64,000 nt of DNA from contig DATNQI010000060.1 of NCBI GenBank assembly GCA_036704125.1, positions 7,724 through 71,723 on the forward strand, read 5' to 3'. Shown here one piece after another: positions 55,417 through 64,000 of the stretch. The notes beneath the pieces are model-generated. The model was not told where the DNA came from. It saw only the letters and a list, made by a program, of their open reading frames with translations, and did not search any database. The position numbers and the translations under genes were made by a program. This DNA is from Pantanalinema sp. (lineage in GTDB: Bacteria; Cyanobacteriota; Sericytochromatia; S15B-MN24; UBA4093). Positions within the stretch are counted from its first letter, which is position 1, and each line of letters starts with the position of its first letter.

Positions 55417-57882
55417 TCAGCGCCGCTCGCCCAGTGCGAGCAGCGGCGCGGCCTCGATCCGCACGTCGATCGCGCCGGTTTCCAGCTTGAAGCGGGCGAC
55501 GGCCCCCTGGAGCCCGCGGGCATGGCCGTTGAGGTCGTCGGCGGCCCCCGAGACGTTCGCGGTGGCGAGGGATGCCTCATGGGCGCTGGTATTCAAGCTC
55601 TCGATGGCCCGGACCACCTGGTCGCCCCCCACGCGCTGCTCGGCCGTGGCGTAGCTGACCGAGCGGGTGAGCTGGTGCATCTCGTCGACGGCGGCGTTCA
55701 CCTGCTCGTTGACCCCCGCCATTTGCTCGGCCGCCGTGACGATCTGGTGGCTGGCTTGCGCCTGCTGGCTGGTCGCCTGCTCCACCTCGTGGAGGAGCAG
55801 GGCCATCTCGGCGGACGCCCCCTTGATGCGCTGCAGGGCCTCGTGCGTGTGCTCGGCGAGCCGCACGCCCTGATGCACCTTCTCGGTGCCCACATGGGTG
55901 ACGCCGACGGCGTGGGCCGTCTCGTTCTGGATCCCCTGGATGAGGCCCCCGATCTCCTTGGTGGCCTTGGCCGAGCGCTCGGCGAGCTTGCGCACCTCGT
56001 CGGCGACCACCGCGAAGCCGCGGCCCGCCTCGCCGGCTCGCGCCGCCTCGATGGCGGCGTTGAGGGCCAGGAGGTTGGTCTGCTCGGCGATGTCGTCGAT
56101 CACCTCGATGATGGCGCCGATCTCGCCCGAGCGCGCCGAGAGCCCCTCGATGGTCGCGCGGATCCCCGTCATGGTCTCCGCGATGGCCGACATGCCGGAC
56201 TTCGCCTCGGCGACGGCCTCTTCGCCCGAGGCGATGGCCTCGCTCGAGCCCGCGGCGACCTGGTTGGCCTTCGAGGCGTTGCCCGCCACCTGCTGGATGC
56301 TCGCGGCGAGCTCCGCCATGGCCCCCGACGTCTGCGTCACGGCCGCCGCCAGCTCGTTGGACTGGTCCTGGACCACCGAGACCTTGCGCTCCAGGTCCTG
56401 GGTGCTGGCATCCACGGCCTTGAGGTTCGCGGCCATCTCCTCCATGGCTGCCGAGGTCACCTCGCTGCTCGAGGCCTGCACCGTGGCCGTCGTGGCGAGC
56501 TGGTGGCTGGAGGAGACGATCTGGCTCGCGGCCGAGGTGACGGCGCCGGCGGTTTGGCGCACTTCCCGCACGATGACCTGCAGCCCGTCGATCATCCGGG
56601 CGATGGCCGTCCCGAGGCGATCGCGATCGCTCTTGGCGGCGACCCGGACGCTCAGGTTGCCGGCGCTGACCTCCTCGGCGGCCGTGGCCATCTCGCGAAG
56701 GTAGACCATCATCTTGTCGAAGGAGGCGGCCAGATCCCCCAGCTCGTCCCGGCTGGTGATGGCGACGTGGCGATCGAGCTCGCCGTTGGCGACGGCCTGG
56801 GCGACCTCCAGGAGCTTCAGCAGCGGGGCGATGATCCGGCGGCGGATGAGGACGATCGCAAGGCCGACCAGGGTCAGGGTGACGAGCGACGTCAGGACCA
56901 AGAGGGCGGTGTTGAGCTGCTGCTCCTTGCGCGCGGCGCTGACGGCCCGCTCGGTGTCCGCGCTGACGGCCGTCGCCACCTCCAGGATGGAGTCGATCCC
57001 GCGCGTGGCTTCCTTGACCCATGCCCCACCCGCCAGGGGATAGGGGGAACGGGCGTCGCTCGCCCGATAAACGGACTGGCGAACCTTCTCGAAGCGCCCG
57101 AGGAACTCGGCGTCGAGCCCGACCATGGCCTCGCCCACCTGCGAGTCGGCCGGGAGCTTCCGGGTGATGAGGCGAAGGACCGCGACGTTCTGGTCGACGA
57201 TGGCCCTGAAGCGCGCGAGGTTCTGGGCGGTCTCGCCCTCGATGGGCTTGCCCTGGGCGATGGCCGACCCGATGGTGGCCCGCTCGCGTCCGGCGTACTC
57301 GGCAGCCAGGAAGACGATCTCCTTGACCTGGAGGTTGCTGCGATAGGCCTCGTCCAGGGGCGTCTTGGCCGTGAAGGCATCCCGCCGCACCTGGGACAGG
57401 GCCTCGATGAAGCTCGTCATGGTCCCGATCCAGGCCTTGGGGGCCAGATCGGCCGTCCGGGTCTCGAGGATCCGATCGACCGCGCGGCGGGAGTCCTCCA
57501 GGGCCGAGCGGCGCTCGGCGAGGACCTGGAGGCTCCCGTTGAGCGGATGAGCCGCATCAGGCCCCTTCATCTGCTCGGCGATGGCGAGCGCCTCCTCGAA
57601 GGCCTTGTCGCCGGTCTCGCGCAGCGCGCGGATCTTGGTCACGGTCTCGGGCGTCACCGTCTCCGGCTTGGCGATCGCCGTGGCCGTCACGCCGCGCTCG
57701 ATGGCCTCACTGGCGTTCGCCGTGAGGATGAAGTCGGCCATGCGGTTGGCTTGCTGGAGCCAGGCGGCCTTGGCGGCGTCGGCTGCGACGCGCGTCCCCT
57801 CCTTGAAGAGCAGCAGGACGCAGAGCAGCGCCAGCAGCGCGATCAGAGCCATGAGCAGGTGTCGGATCTTCAGGTTTCTCAT
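55417..57882 (-). CDS. Methyl-accepting chemotaxis protein with large periplasmic helical sensor (NIT-like), HAMP and MA domains
   Basis: Two TM segments flank a ~300-aa sensor. HAMP domain present. Conserved hairpin [54 protein letters not shown] at 57882. Confidence 0.9.
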   Translation of the reverse strand: MRNLKIRHLLMALIALLALLCVLLLFKEGTRVAADAAKAAWLQQANRMADFILTANASEAIERGVTATAIAKPETVTPETVTKIRALRETGDKAFEEALAIAEQMKGPDAAHPLNGSLQVLAERRSALEDSRRAVDRILETRTADLAPKAWIGTMTSFIEALSQVRRDAFTAKTPLDEAYRSNLQVKEIVFLAAEYAGRERATIGSAIAQGKPIEGETAQNLARFRAIVDQNVAVLRLITRKLPADSQVGEAMVGLDAEFLGRFEKVRQSVYRASDARSPYPLAGGAWVKEATRGIDSILEVATAVSADTERAVSAARKEQQLNTALLVLTSLVTLTLVGLAIVLIRRRIIAPLLKLLEVAQAVANGELDRHVAITSRDELGDLAASFDKMMVYLREMATAAEEVSAGNLSVRVAAKSDRDRLGTAIARMIDGLQVIVREVRQTAGAVTSAASQIVSSSHQLATTATVQASSSEVTSAAMEEMAANLKAVDASTQDLERKVSVVQDQSNELAAAVTQTSGAMAELAASIQQVAGNASKANQVAAGSSEAIASGEEAVAEAKSGMSAIAETMTGIRATIEGLSARSGEIGAIIEVIDDIAEQTNLLALNAAIEAARAGEAGRGFAVVADEVRKLAERSAKATKEIGGLIQGIQNETAHAVGVTHVGTEKVHQGVRLAEHTHEALQRIKGASAEMALLLHEVEQATSQQAQASHQIVTAAEQMAGVNEQVNAAVDEMHQLTRSVSYATAEQRVGGDQVVRAIESLNTSAHEASLATANVSGAADDLNGHARGLQGAVARFKLETGAIDVRIEAAPLLALGERR

Positions 57883-58082
57883 CGCGCCCTCTTTCAGTTG
57901 ATCGCGCCAAGGTGGTGCCAAGACCGGGGGGTTGCTGTCCCGGCCTCAAGATTGAAGCATAAATCCAGCTGAAAGCAAGAGACAGTGGGGTTTCTACGGA
58001 TCTAAGAAGCTCCTTGCGGGCGAGGAAGTCTCTGCGAAGCCCCTCGGCAGGGGGCTTTTTCCGGGGTGGCTTACGGGCGAAA

Positions 58083-58103
58083 GCCCCCGCCAGCGGCGGG
58101 GGC
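58083..58103 (-). terminator. Hairpin after the 58132 lipoprotein gene
   Basis: GCCCCCGCC AGC GGCGGGGGC, followed on the minus strand by TTTCGC. Confidence 0.4.
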
Positions 58104-58131
58104 TCGGGTGGAGGGGATGAGCGCGGGTTCC

Positions 58132-58692
58132 CTATTGAGTCGTCAGCACGTCCGCGGTCGCCGCGTCGGCGTACTCGTTCGACTTGACGGTGTAGTCGCG
58201 GATCACCGCGGGGTCGAGCACGACGCTGAAGCGCTGGGTCTCGACGATCGCGCCCTTCTTGGTGAAGGTCACCACCAGGGTGCCGGCGCGCTGCATCAAG
58301 AAGCTGGGGTTCATCACCTGGGCCGTCGCCGTGACCTTCTTGAAGCCCAGCACGCCGCTGGTCTCGGTCTTGAGGTCGATGACCCGCAGGGCGTAGGCCA
58401 GGTCGATGGGCTTCGCGGTGGGAGCGGGGGTCGGCGTCGCGGTCGGGGCGGGCGTCGGGGTGGGATCGGGGGTCGGGGTCGCCTCGGGCTCGGGCGTGGC
58501 CGAGTAGGTGGCGGGGTCGGTGTAGAGGCCGCTGTCGGCGGTGGTGTCGAGCTGATCGTAGGAGCTGGTGTCGCTCGTCAGGTCGTCCACCTGGGGGGCC
58601 CCGGTGCGGCCGCAACCGCCGAGGGCGATCGCGAGGGCCACGCCGAGCGCGGCGACCATCGGCGTCAGGCGCGCAGTACCGAATCGAACCAT
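58132..58692 (-). CDS. Lipoprotein with Pro/Thr-rich linker
   Basis: ATG 58692 with GGAGGGTGGAG upstream. Lipobox IALGGCG. PEPEATPTPDPTPTPAPTATPTPAPTA linker followed by a ~90-aa beta-rich domain. Confidence 0.65.
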   Translation of the reverse strand: MVRFGTARLTPMVAALGVALAIALGGCGRTGAPQVDDLTSDTSSYDQLDTTADSGLYTDPATYSATPEPEATPTPDPTPTPAPTATPTPAPTAKPIDLAYALRVIDLKTETSGVLGFKKVTATAQVMNPSFLMQRAGTLVVTFTKKGAIVETQRFSVVLDPAVIRDYTVKSNEYADAATADVLTTQ

Positions 58693-58817
58693 CTCTCCAC
58701 CCTCCAAAGCGAACCGTGCTAACACTATATGCACGCCCCCCGCCGCGAACTGACGCGGAAGAGGTGAAGGGTGGTTTAAGGTATCGGTAAGCTTGCTGTT
58801 CCCGGGGGATCGTCGCG

Positions 58818-59468
58818 CTAGCGGCCGGCGACGGCGATGACGCTCGCGATCGCGCTGGCGCTGGGCTCGGGCGGCGCCGGGGGCCGGCTCGCGCCGATCG
58901 ACTGGCTGCTCCAGCGGGCGAGCTGAGAAGCGTACTGCTGGGCGGAAGCCTTGACGCTCGCGATCCCGGCGAGGGCCTCGGGGTCCCAGGTGGCCGGATC
59001 CCGTCCCGAGCGCTTGAAGGCCTGGGCTGCGATCGCCACGGTGGTGGTCGCCGCGCTCAGGGTGAGGGAGGTCTCGCTCGTGCCCGAGGAAAGGCGCACC
59101 AGCCCCCGGTACACCGGGACGCGCCCCGGATCGAGCAGGGCCACCTCGTAGAGGGCGGCGCTCTGCGAGAGGTCGGTGGCCGGGACGTTGAGCGAGAAGT
59201 CGCCCGCGTCGCTGGTGACGCTGCCGACCGCGAGCACGCGGCCGTCGAGGGTCGAGAGGCGCGAGCCGAAGGTGCGCGGGGCGGGCCTGGACTCCGCGGC
59301 CACCGCGTAGTCGTCGGGCAAGAGGGCCTGGCCGTACAGCGTCACCAGCCGCGGCAAGGAGTTCTCGGGGGAGATCCGGGGCCAGGCACACCCGCCGATC
59401 GAAAAGCCCCCCAGGCCGAGCGCCAAGAGCCCGAGCATGGCCCGGGTCGCCATGGTCCTGCGCGTCAT
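58818..59468 (-). CDS. Lipoprotein, CarboxypepD_reg-like module plus helical tail (paralog family)
   Basis: Starts MTRRTMATRAMLGLLALGLGGFSIGGC. SDAGDFSLNV motif. Paralogous to the 59573..60223 product. Confidence 0.6.
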   Translation of the reverse strand: MTRRTMATRAMLGLLALGLGGFSIGGCAWPRISPENSLPRLVTLYGQALLPDDYAVAAESRPAPRTFGSRLSTLDGRVLAVGSVTSDAGDFSLNVPATDLSQSAALYEVALLDPGRVPVYRGLVRLSSGTSETSLTLSAATTTVAIAAQAFKRSGRDPATWDPEALAGIASVKASAQQYASQLARWSSQSIGASRPPAPPEPSASAIASVIAVAGR

Positions 59469-59572
59469 CAGAGCCCCCTTCGCCGTTGGTGCGCGCGAGC
59501 GCGGGAGTCGCCTCAAGAGGCTAGCACGACCCCCGGTCGCAAGGCTTGGCGGGCGAGGACCAAATCGGTTGG

Positions 59573-60223
59573 CTACTGCTTGGGGAAGAGGAGCTCGACC
59601 GCATCCTGGGCCAGGTCCGAGTCCGCCCCGGGCGGGGTCGCGCCCCCGGCCAGGTAGCCGTAGAACCGCTGCTGGAAGGTCCCGAGGATCCCCCCGGTGC
59701 CGGCCGCCTGGGTTGCGAGCTCGTTCTCGAGCTGCTGCGGGCTGCGGGGCTTGCCCGTGGCATCGAGCAGGCGCGAGGCGTCGAGCTGGCGCTCGGCCTC
59801 CAGGGCCAGGCTCACCAGGGTGGACAGGTCGGTCAGATCCCCCTGGATCGTCCCGGTCTGCCCCCTGGTCAGGCGGAAGGTCCGCGCGAGCAGGGGGCCG
59901 CCCCGGCCGGGGTGGCGCCAGGCCACCTTGACCCAGTCGCCGGCCTCGCTCAGGGCGTCGGTGCGAACGTCGAAGGAGAAGTCGCCCTGGTCGTTGGTCA
60001 CGGTGGCGGCGTCGGCCTTGCCCAGCGTGCCCGCGAGGTTGGCCACCGTCAGGGGGCTGCCCTTGCGGGCGGGCAGGGCGGCGGGCTGGGAGATCCCCTC
60101 GGAGGAGGGGGGGCGCACGCGCCCCTGGAGGGTCACGCTCGGCGTGCCGGCAGAGCAGGCCGCTAGGGCGCTCAGGGCGGCGAGCGCGAGGCCCAGCCAT
60201 CGGATGGCGGCGAGATTCGACAC
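59573..60223 (-). CDS. Lipoprotein, CarboxypepD_reg-like module plus helical tail (paralog family)
   Basis: Lipobox LSALAACS. TLQGRV..NDQGDFSFDV motif and a helical C-terminus. Confidence 0.65.
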   Translation of the reverse strand: MSNLAAIRWLGLALAALSALAACSAGTPSVTLQGRVRPPSSEGISQPAALPARKGSPLTVANLAGTLGKADAATVTNDQGDFSFDVRTDALSEAGDWVKVAWRHPGRGGPLLARTFRLTRGQTGTIQGDLTDLSTLVSLALEAERQLDASRLLDATGKPRSPQQLENELATQAAGTGGILGTFQQRFYGYLAGGATPPGADSDLAQDAVELLFPKQ

Positions 60224-60320
60224 GGCACTCCTCCAGCGCGAAACCCTCCGGCGGGCTCTCGTCCCGCGAGAGCCTCGCTCGATTTGCCATTGTAGCGGAT
60301 CGAGCGAGAGCCGCGCCGAG

Positions 60321-60770
60321 CTATCCGGGAGAACGAGGCCTGCGCCGGCGCACGCGCTGCTCGAGGGCCTCGCCTTCGAGTCCGGCGGCCGCCCAGCGCC
60401 GCTCGAGGCGGCGATCCAGGCGCCGCAGGTGGCGATCGAGCAGGGGCAGGCGGGTGGTGTTCCCCTGGTAGGCCATGACCGCCGCGTACACCGATAGCCC
60501 CAGCCCGCCGATCATCCACAGCGAGATGGCGAGCCCCGTTAGCCCCAGCAAGAAGAAGCCGAGAAAAGGCAGGCCCCCGAGGATCGCCCCGCCCCAGCCG
60601 AGCGCCATGGCCCCGCCGAGCCCGAGCGCCGTGAGCGCCAGGGACTGGATCGCGTGGAAGCGCAGGTGGCGCACCGCGCGATAGGCCGGGGCGAGCAGGA
60701 CCGCGATCGCCACCGGAGGCAGGTAGGCGAGGGCCGCCAGGGTGCGATAGGAGGCGGCGCGCGGCTCCAC
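60321..60770 (-). CDS. Small polytopic membrane protein (DUF4870-like)
   Basis: GTG 60770 lies 2 nt after the upstream stop. AALAYLPPVAIAVLLAP..HAIQSLALTALG plus 3-4 TM helices and an Arg-rich tail. Confidence 0.5.
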   Translation of the reverse strand: MEPRAASYRTLAALAYLPPVAIAVLLAPAYRAVRHLRFHAIQSLALTALGLGGAMALGWGGAILGGLPFLGFFLLGLTGLAISLWMIGGLGLSVYAAVMAYQGNTTRLPLLDRHLRRLDRRLERRWAAAGLEGEALEQRVRRRRPRSPG

Positions 60771-60772
60771 GG

Positions 60773-62155
60773 CTAGCCCCCGCGCTTGATGGAGAGGCGC
60801 ACCGTGGCGAAGGGCGCCGAGGGCTCGACGCGGGCGCTCGCGGTGGCCGCGGCGTAGCCCGGGCGCTCCGCGCGCACGCGGTACTGCCCCGGCCCCAGGT
60901 CGATGACCTTGAAGCGGCCCGCCGTGTCCGTCACGGCGAGCACCGAGACCCCCGTCCCCTCCAGGACCAGGCGAACGCCCCCGAGCGGGGCCGCGGTCGC
61001 CGCGTCGGTCACCGTGCCCTCGATCGCGCCGCGCCGCAGGGGCGCGGGGGTCGCAGCGGGGCGCTCGGCCCTGGCTTCGGGCGATGAACCGAGCTGGATC
61101 GTGAGCGAGACCGGCCCCCTCTCCTCGATCGAGGCCGTGGCGCCTGCCACCTTCTCGCCGCCGGGCGCGAAGACCTCGAGCGGGTAGGTCCCCGGCGCGA
61201 GCGCCGGCAGGTAGAAGTAGCCCGTGGCGGTGGTGGTGGCCCGGCGCGGGGGGCTCGCGAGGCTCACGGCGTGGCCCGAGCGCGGGGCCCCGTCGGGCCC
61301 GAGGACGCGGCCGACGAGGGTGGCTGCCGGCAGGGCGGGCGGGGCGAGGACCCCCGCCAGGACGCTCGGGGCGCTCGCGGGGCTGGCGCCCGGCGAGGGC
61401 TGCGGCCGAGCGGCAGGCGGCGCGGCCGCAGCGGGGGCCTGGGCCGGGGCGCGCCCGAGCTCGGGGAGCATGCCCTGGACGCTCGCGCCGTAGTAGAGGC
61501 CGCGATCGAGCGGCGAGAGGCCGGGCACGCCCAGGCTGCCGGCGCCGAGGCGGAGCCACGACAGGGGCGTCAGCTCGATGCCCACCCCCGTGTAGGCGCC
61601 CGAGGCCGCCTGCGGGCCGTGGCCCTCGACCGTCAGCCGGCCCAGGGGGCCGAACGGCACCTCGAGCCCCGCCATCAGGCGGGTGTTCAGGGCCACGTCC
61701 CCGTCGAAGCCCAGGTGCAGGGTGCCCCAGTGGAAGGGGCGCGCCCCGATCCGGCCGGCGAGGTCGCGCGAGAGGACCATGTGGTAGTGGAGGCCCGACA
61801 GGGGGCCCGCCGCGTCGATCCCGAGCAGCGAGAGGCCGACGGCGAGCGCCGTGGGATCGGCGGCGCTCGGCCGCATCACCTGGTACTTGAGGGCCCCCGA
61901 GAGGGTGGCGTAGTCGGGCACCGCGTAGACGAGGGTCCCCTCGAGGCCGTCCACGAGGCCGAACCTGAGAAAGCCGAGGCTCGCCCCTGGCCGATCGCCG
62001 GGCAGGACCGAGCGGGCTCCCAGCTCGAACTCGCGCGCCCGAAGGGTCCGCGCATCGGGCATGGCGCTGAGCCCCCCGGTCCCCCACAGGGTCGCCGCGC
62101 TCGCCGGCACGGCCGAAAGAAGGCAAAGGGAAAGGGCGAGGAAGGGGGCGCGCAC
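60773..62155 (-). CDS. Outer-membrane protein: YjbH/GfcD-like beta-barrel N-domain plus two CarboxypepD_reg-like domains
   Basis: Signal peptide ..LLSAVPASA. TLWGTGGLSAMPDARTL is a YjbH-like start. The C-terminus has GRVLGPDGAP..TGYFYLPALAPGTYPLEV and GTVTDAATAAPL..DTAGRFKVIDLGPGQYRV. Confidence 0.65.
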   Translation of the reverse strand: MRAPFLALSLCLLSAVPASAATLWGTGGLSAMPDARTLRAREFELGARSVLPGDRPGASLGFLRFGLVDGLEGTLVYAVPDYATLSGALKYQVMRPSAADPTALAVGLSLLGIDAAGPLSGLHYHMVLSRDLAGRIGARPFHWGTLHLGFDGDVALNTRLMAGLEVPFGPLGRLTVEGHGPQAASGAYTGVGIELTPLSWLRLGAGSLGVPGLSPLDRGLYYGASVQGMLPELGRAPAQAPAAAAPPAARPQPSPGASPASAPSVLAGVLAPPALPAATLVGRVLGPDGAPRSGHAVSLASPPRRATTTATGYFYLPALAPGTYPLEVFAPGGEKVAGATASIEERGPVSLTIQLGSSPEARAERPAATPAPLRRGAIEGTVTDAATAAPLGGVRLVLEGTGVSVLAVTDTAGRFKVIDLGPGQYRVRAERPGYAAATASARVEPSAPFATVRLSIKRGG

Positions 62156-62158
62156 GGC

Positions 62159-62557
62159 CTAGCGCCCCTGCTGCGCGCGGCGCGCGGCCTCGTCCGCCAC
62201 CCGGTAGGCGTCGAGGGCGGAGTAGGCCTTGGTCCCGATGATGACGAGGGCGTCCCCCGCGCGGAAGTAGCCCGAGCCGAGGGCGCCGTCGAGGGCCCAG
62301 GCGAGGGGATAGGCGAGCACCGGCGCGAGGCACCACCAGCCCTTGGCGGTCTCGCCGTTGTAGAACTGGCCCGTGCCGTTGACCGCGAGGCTGAGCCCCG
62401 CGGCGATGCGCGGGTCCTTCTGGGGCAGGAAGCCGAAGAGGGCCTGCTCCGGCGGCAGCGGAGCGGGCTTGAACGGGGGCCTCTCGGCGGCCAGAGCCGA
62501 CCGGGAGGCCGCAGCGAGGATCGAAATCGCCAGGAGTGCCGGCAGGGCGTGCTTCAT
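62159..62557 (-). CDS. Small secreted/membrane protein with GxGQFYNG motif
   Basis: Signal peptide MKHALPALLAISILAAASRSALA. NGTGQFYNGETAKGWW motif plus one hydrophobic helix. Confidence 0.5.
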   Translation of the reverse strand: MKHALPALLAISILAAASRSALAAERPPFKPAPLPPEQALFGFLPQKDPRIAAGLSLAVNGTGQFYNGETAKGWWCLAPVLAYPLAWALDGALGSGYFRAGDALVIIGTKAYSALDAYRVADEAARRAQQGR

Positions 62558-62598
62558 GCCCCCAGTTTAGCCGAGGGCCCGGCGCGACCGCAAGGCGA

Positions 62599-63180
62599 TC
62601 AGAAGTTCAGCTTGAGGCCCAGCAGGTTGCCCTGGCCGTTGCTTCCGATGGTGCCCTCGAGGTGGGGCTGGAACTTGTAGGCGAGCTCCACCCCGCCGCT
62701 CGGCCCGCCGAACAGGTCGTAGTAGGGGCCGCCCGAGAGGCCGTAGTAGGGCACCACCAGGTTGAGGCGGCCGGTGAGCTGCCGGGTGAAGGGGTAGGCC
62801 AGCCCGAAGCCGATCTCGATGCCGGGCGCGAAGGCGTAGGCGTTCCCCCACCGCGAGCCGCCCCACAACCCGATGATCCCGGCCACGCTCAGGTCCCGCC
62901 GAGCGCCGTTGACGAAGTCGTAGAGCAGGCGAATGTCGAAGCGGCTGTACTCGGCCTGGTAGAGGCCGGTCCCGAGCGAGGCCCCCAGGGTCACGTCCTT
63001 GCTCAGGCCGAAGTCCACCGAGGCGCTGAGGCCGTTGCCGATCCCCAGGCCGAAGTAACGCGCGTCCTTGCCGGCCATGTCGGCCCGGGGCATGGTCGAG
63101 GCCGCGGCGGGCAAGGCGAACAGGCAGGAGGCGACCAGGGCGATCGCGCCCTTCATGGCCGTTTCGAGGCGACTGGACAT
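62599..63180 (-). CDS. Small outer-membrane beta-barrel protein
   Basis: Signal peptide MKGAIALVASCLFALPAAAS (start may be the internal ATG at 63156). Alternating Gly/aromatic strands. C-terminal LGLKLNF ends in Phe (beta-signal). Confidence 0.7.
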   Translation of the reverse strand: MSSRLETAMKGAIALVASCLFALPAAASTMPRADMAGKDARYFGLGIGNGLSASVDFGLSKDVTLGASLGTGLYQAEYSRFDIRLLYDFVNGARRDLSVAGIIGLWGGSRWGNAYAFAPGIEIGFGLAYPFTRQLTGRLNLVVPYYGLSGGPYYDLFGGPSGGVELAYKFQPHLEGTIGSNGQGNLLGLKLNF

Positions 63181-63318
63181 GGGGAACCCCCTTTCGTCGG
63201 ACGTGCAGCCAGTCTAGTCGCGAAGGAATTGCGGGTCAACGTTGAATTAACCCTTGACAAAGCCCTGTAGGCGAGCGATACTAGCTACATCGTCAGGTGC
63301 TGCACCGGCGAGACACCT

Positions 63319-63399
63319 GCGGAGGTGGCGTAATGGCAGCCGCGCACGTTTGAGGGGCGTGTGGAGAAATCCGTATGGGTTCAAGTCCCATCCTCCGCA
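63319..63399 (+). tRNA. tRNA-Leu (anticodon GAG), class II with long variable arm
   Basis: Folded by hand. Acceptor GCGGAGG/CCTCCGC, anticodon stem CACGT/GCGTG with loop TTGAGGG, variable stem GGA/TCC, T-arm ATGGG-TTCAAGT-CCCAT, discriminator A. CCA is not encoded. Confidence 0.85.
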
Positions 63400-63413
63400 C
63401 TAAGTGAAAATCG

Positions 63414-63445
63414 GGGCGCCAGGATTCATCCTGGCGCCCGAATTT
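63414..63445 (+). terminator. Hairpin terminator after tRNA-Leu
   Basis: 11-bp stem GGGCGCCAGGA / TCCTGGCGCCC with loop TTCA, followed by GAATTT. An A-run upstream gives some bidirectional potential. Confidence 0.5.
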
Positions 63446-63516
63446 CATATCCGGCCCTAAGCGGCCAATCATGAGTCCCCCGGGCCGCTCGCGCCCCCAC
63501 CGGAGCCCCCTTCCAA

Positions 63517-64000
63517 ATGGAATTCTTGCTGCACCTGGTCGATTTCGTCCTTCACTTCGACAAGCACCTCAGCGTCATCATCCAGACCTACGGCGCGCTG
63601 ACCTACCTCTTCCTGTTCCTCATCATCTTCTGCGAGACGGGCCTCGTCGTGACCCCCTTCCTGCCCGGCGACTCGCTCCTTTTCGCCGCGGGTGCCTTCG
63701 CGGCCACCGGCTCGCTCGACATCACCGCCCTGTTCGCCCTGCTGTTCCTCGCGGCGGTCGTGGGCGACTCGACCAACTACTGGATCGGGCGGAAGATCGG
63801 CCCCAGGGTGTTCAAGGAGGGCAGCCGCTTCCTCAACCGATCCCACCTGGACCGGACCCAGGCCTTCTACGACAAGCACGGCGGCAAGACCCTGGTGCTC
63901 GCGCGCTTCGCCCCGGTCCTGCGCACCTTCGCGCCCTTCGTCGCGGGCATCGGCCAGATGCCTTACCGACGCTTTGTCGTCTTCAGCGTGACGGGCGGGC
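63517..64000 (+). CDS. DedA/SNARE-associated family membrane protein (3' end beyond window)
   Basis: Translated by hand from ATG 63517: MEFLLHLVDFVLHFDKHLSVIIQTYGALTYLFLFLIIFCETGLVVTPFLPGDSLLFAAG..VGDSTNYWIGRKIG..KHGGKTLVLARF is the DedA signature. It is absent from the track because no stop falls in the window. Confidence 0.85.
   Translation, partial: MEFLLHLVDFVLHFDKHLSVIIQTYGALTYLFLFLIIFCETGLVVTPFLPGDSLLFAAGAFAATGSLDITALFALLFLAAVVGDSTNYWIGRKIGPRVFKEGSRFLNRSHLDRTQAFYDKHGGKTLVLARFAPVLRTFAPFVAGIGQMPYRRFVVFSVTGG

Noticed and set aside
63469-63879. 136-aa minus-strand ORF
   Set aside because: It is antisense to a clear DedA-family gene that runs off the window end. The product is Gly/Glu/Arg-rich with no motifs.

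Overview
Visibly GC-rich bacterial chromosomal segment, densely coding: about 60 genes, many joined by 1-25 nt overlaps. No rRNA genes and no CRISPR array were seen, and there is one tRNA-Leu(GAG). The gene content (mlaEFD with an elongated MlaD, MGDG-synthase-like GT28, mglBA) suggests a diderm of the Terrabacteria/cyanobacteria-related type, but that is inference only. Most of the window is ordinary core and envelope content. This includes an NHL propeller protein, a fused GT-C glycosyltransferase, tgt, a MASE1 histidine kinase, a Bat-like vWA/TPR cluster, glycosyltransferases, an AlkP-family enzyme, ribD, pabBC, an S8 protease, an ABC-2 exporter, an OmpR regulator, many CarboxypepD_reg/Ig-like lipoproteins, outer-membrane barrels and DedA. 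Items worth a second look, in order of my interest: (1) a minus-strand signalling array of MCP, Dam-like degenerate protein, PATAN/DUF4388, MglB, MglA, Ser/Thr kinase-TPR and PLD. In it the kinase N-lobe is encoded upstream of the first ATG. It has no canonical start codon and lies directly in frame behind the mglA TAA stop. (2) A candidate polymorphic toxin with an overlapping candidate immunity gene (7787-9383). (3) Nine helically phased TTAA-type motifs in a ~100-bp AT-rich tract upstream of the S8 protease. (4) Two low-GC islets: an orphan 252-aa protein with decayed IS fragments, and a NERD/zinc-ribbon gene. (5) A 1742-aa kinase-STAND-TPR-GAF-GAF-GGDEF protein followed by an 81-aa glycine-rich peptide gene. 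Functional calls rest on motifs I recognise by eye in the translations. No searches were run, so family names are recognition-level calls and start codons are approximate. The many long Arg/Gly/Pro/His-rich ORFs antisense to or out of frame with these genes are treated as GC-rich shadow ORFs.
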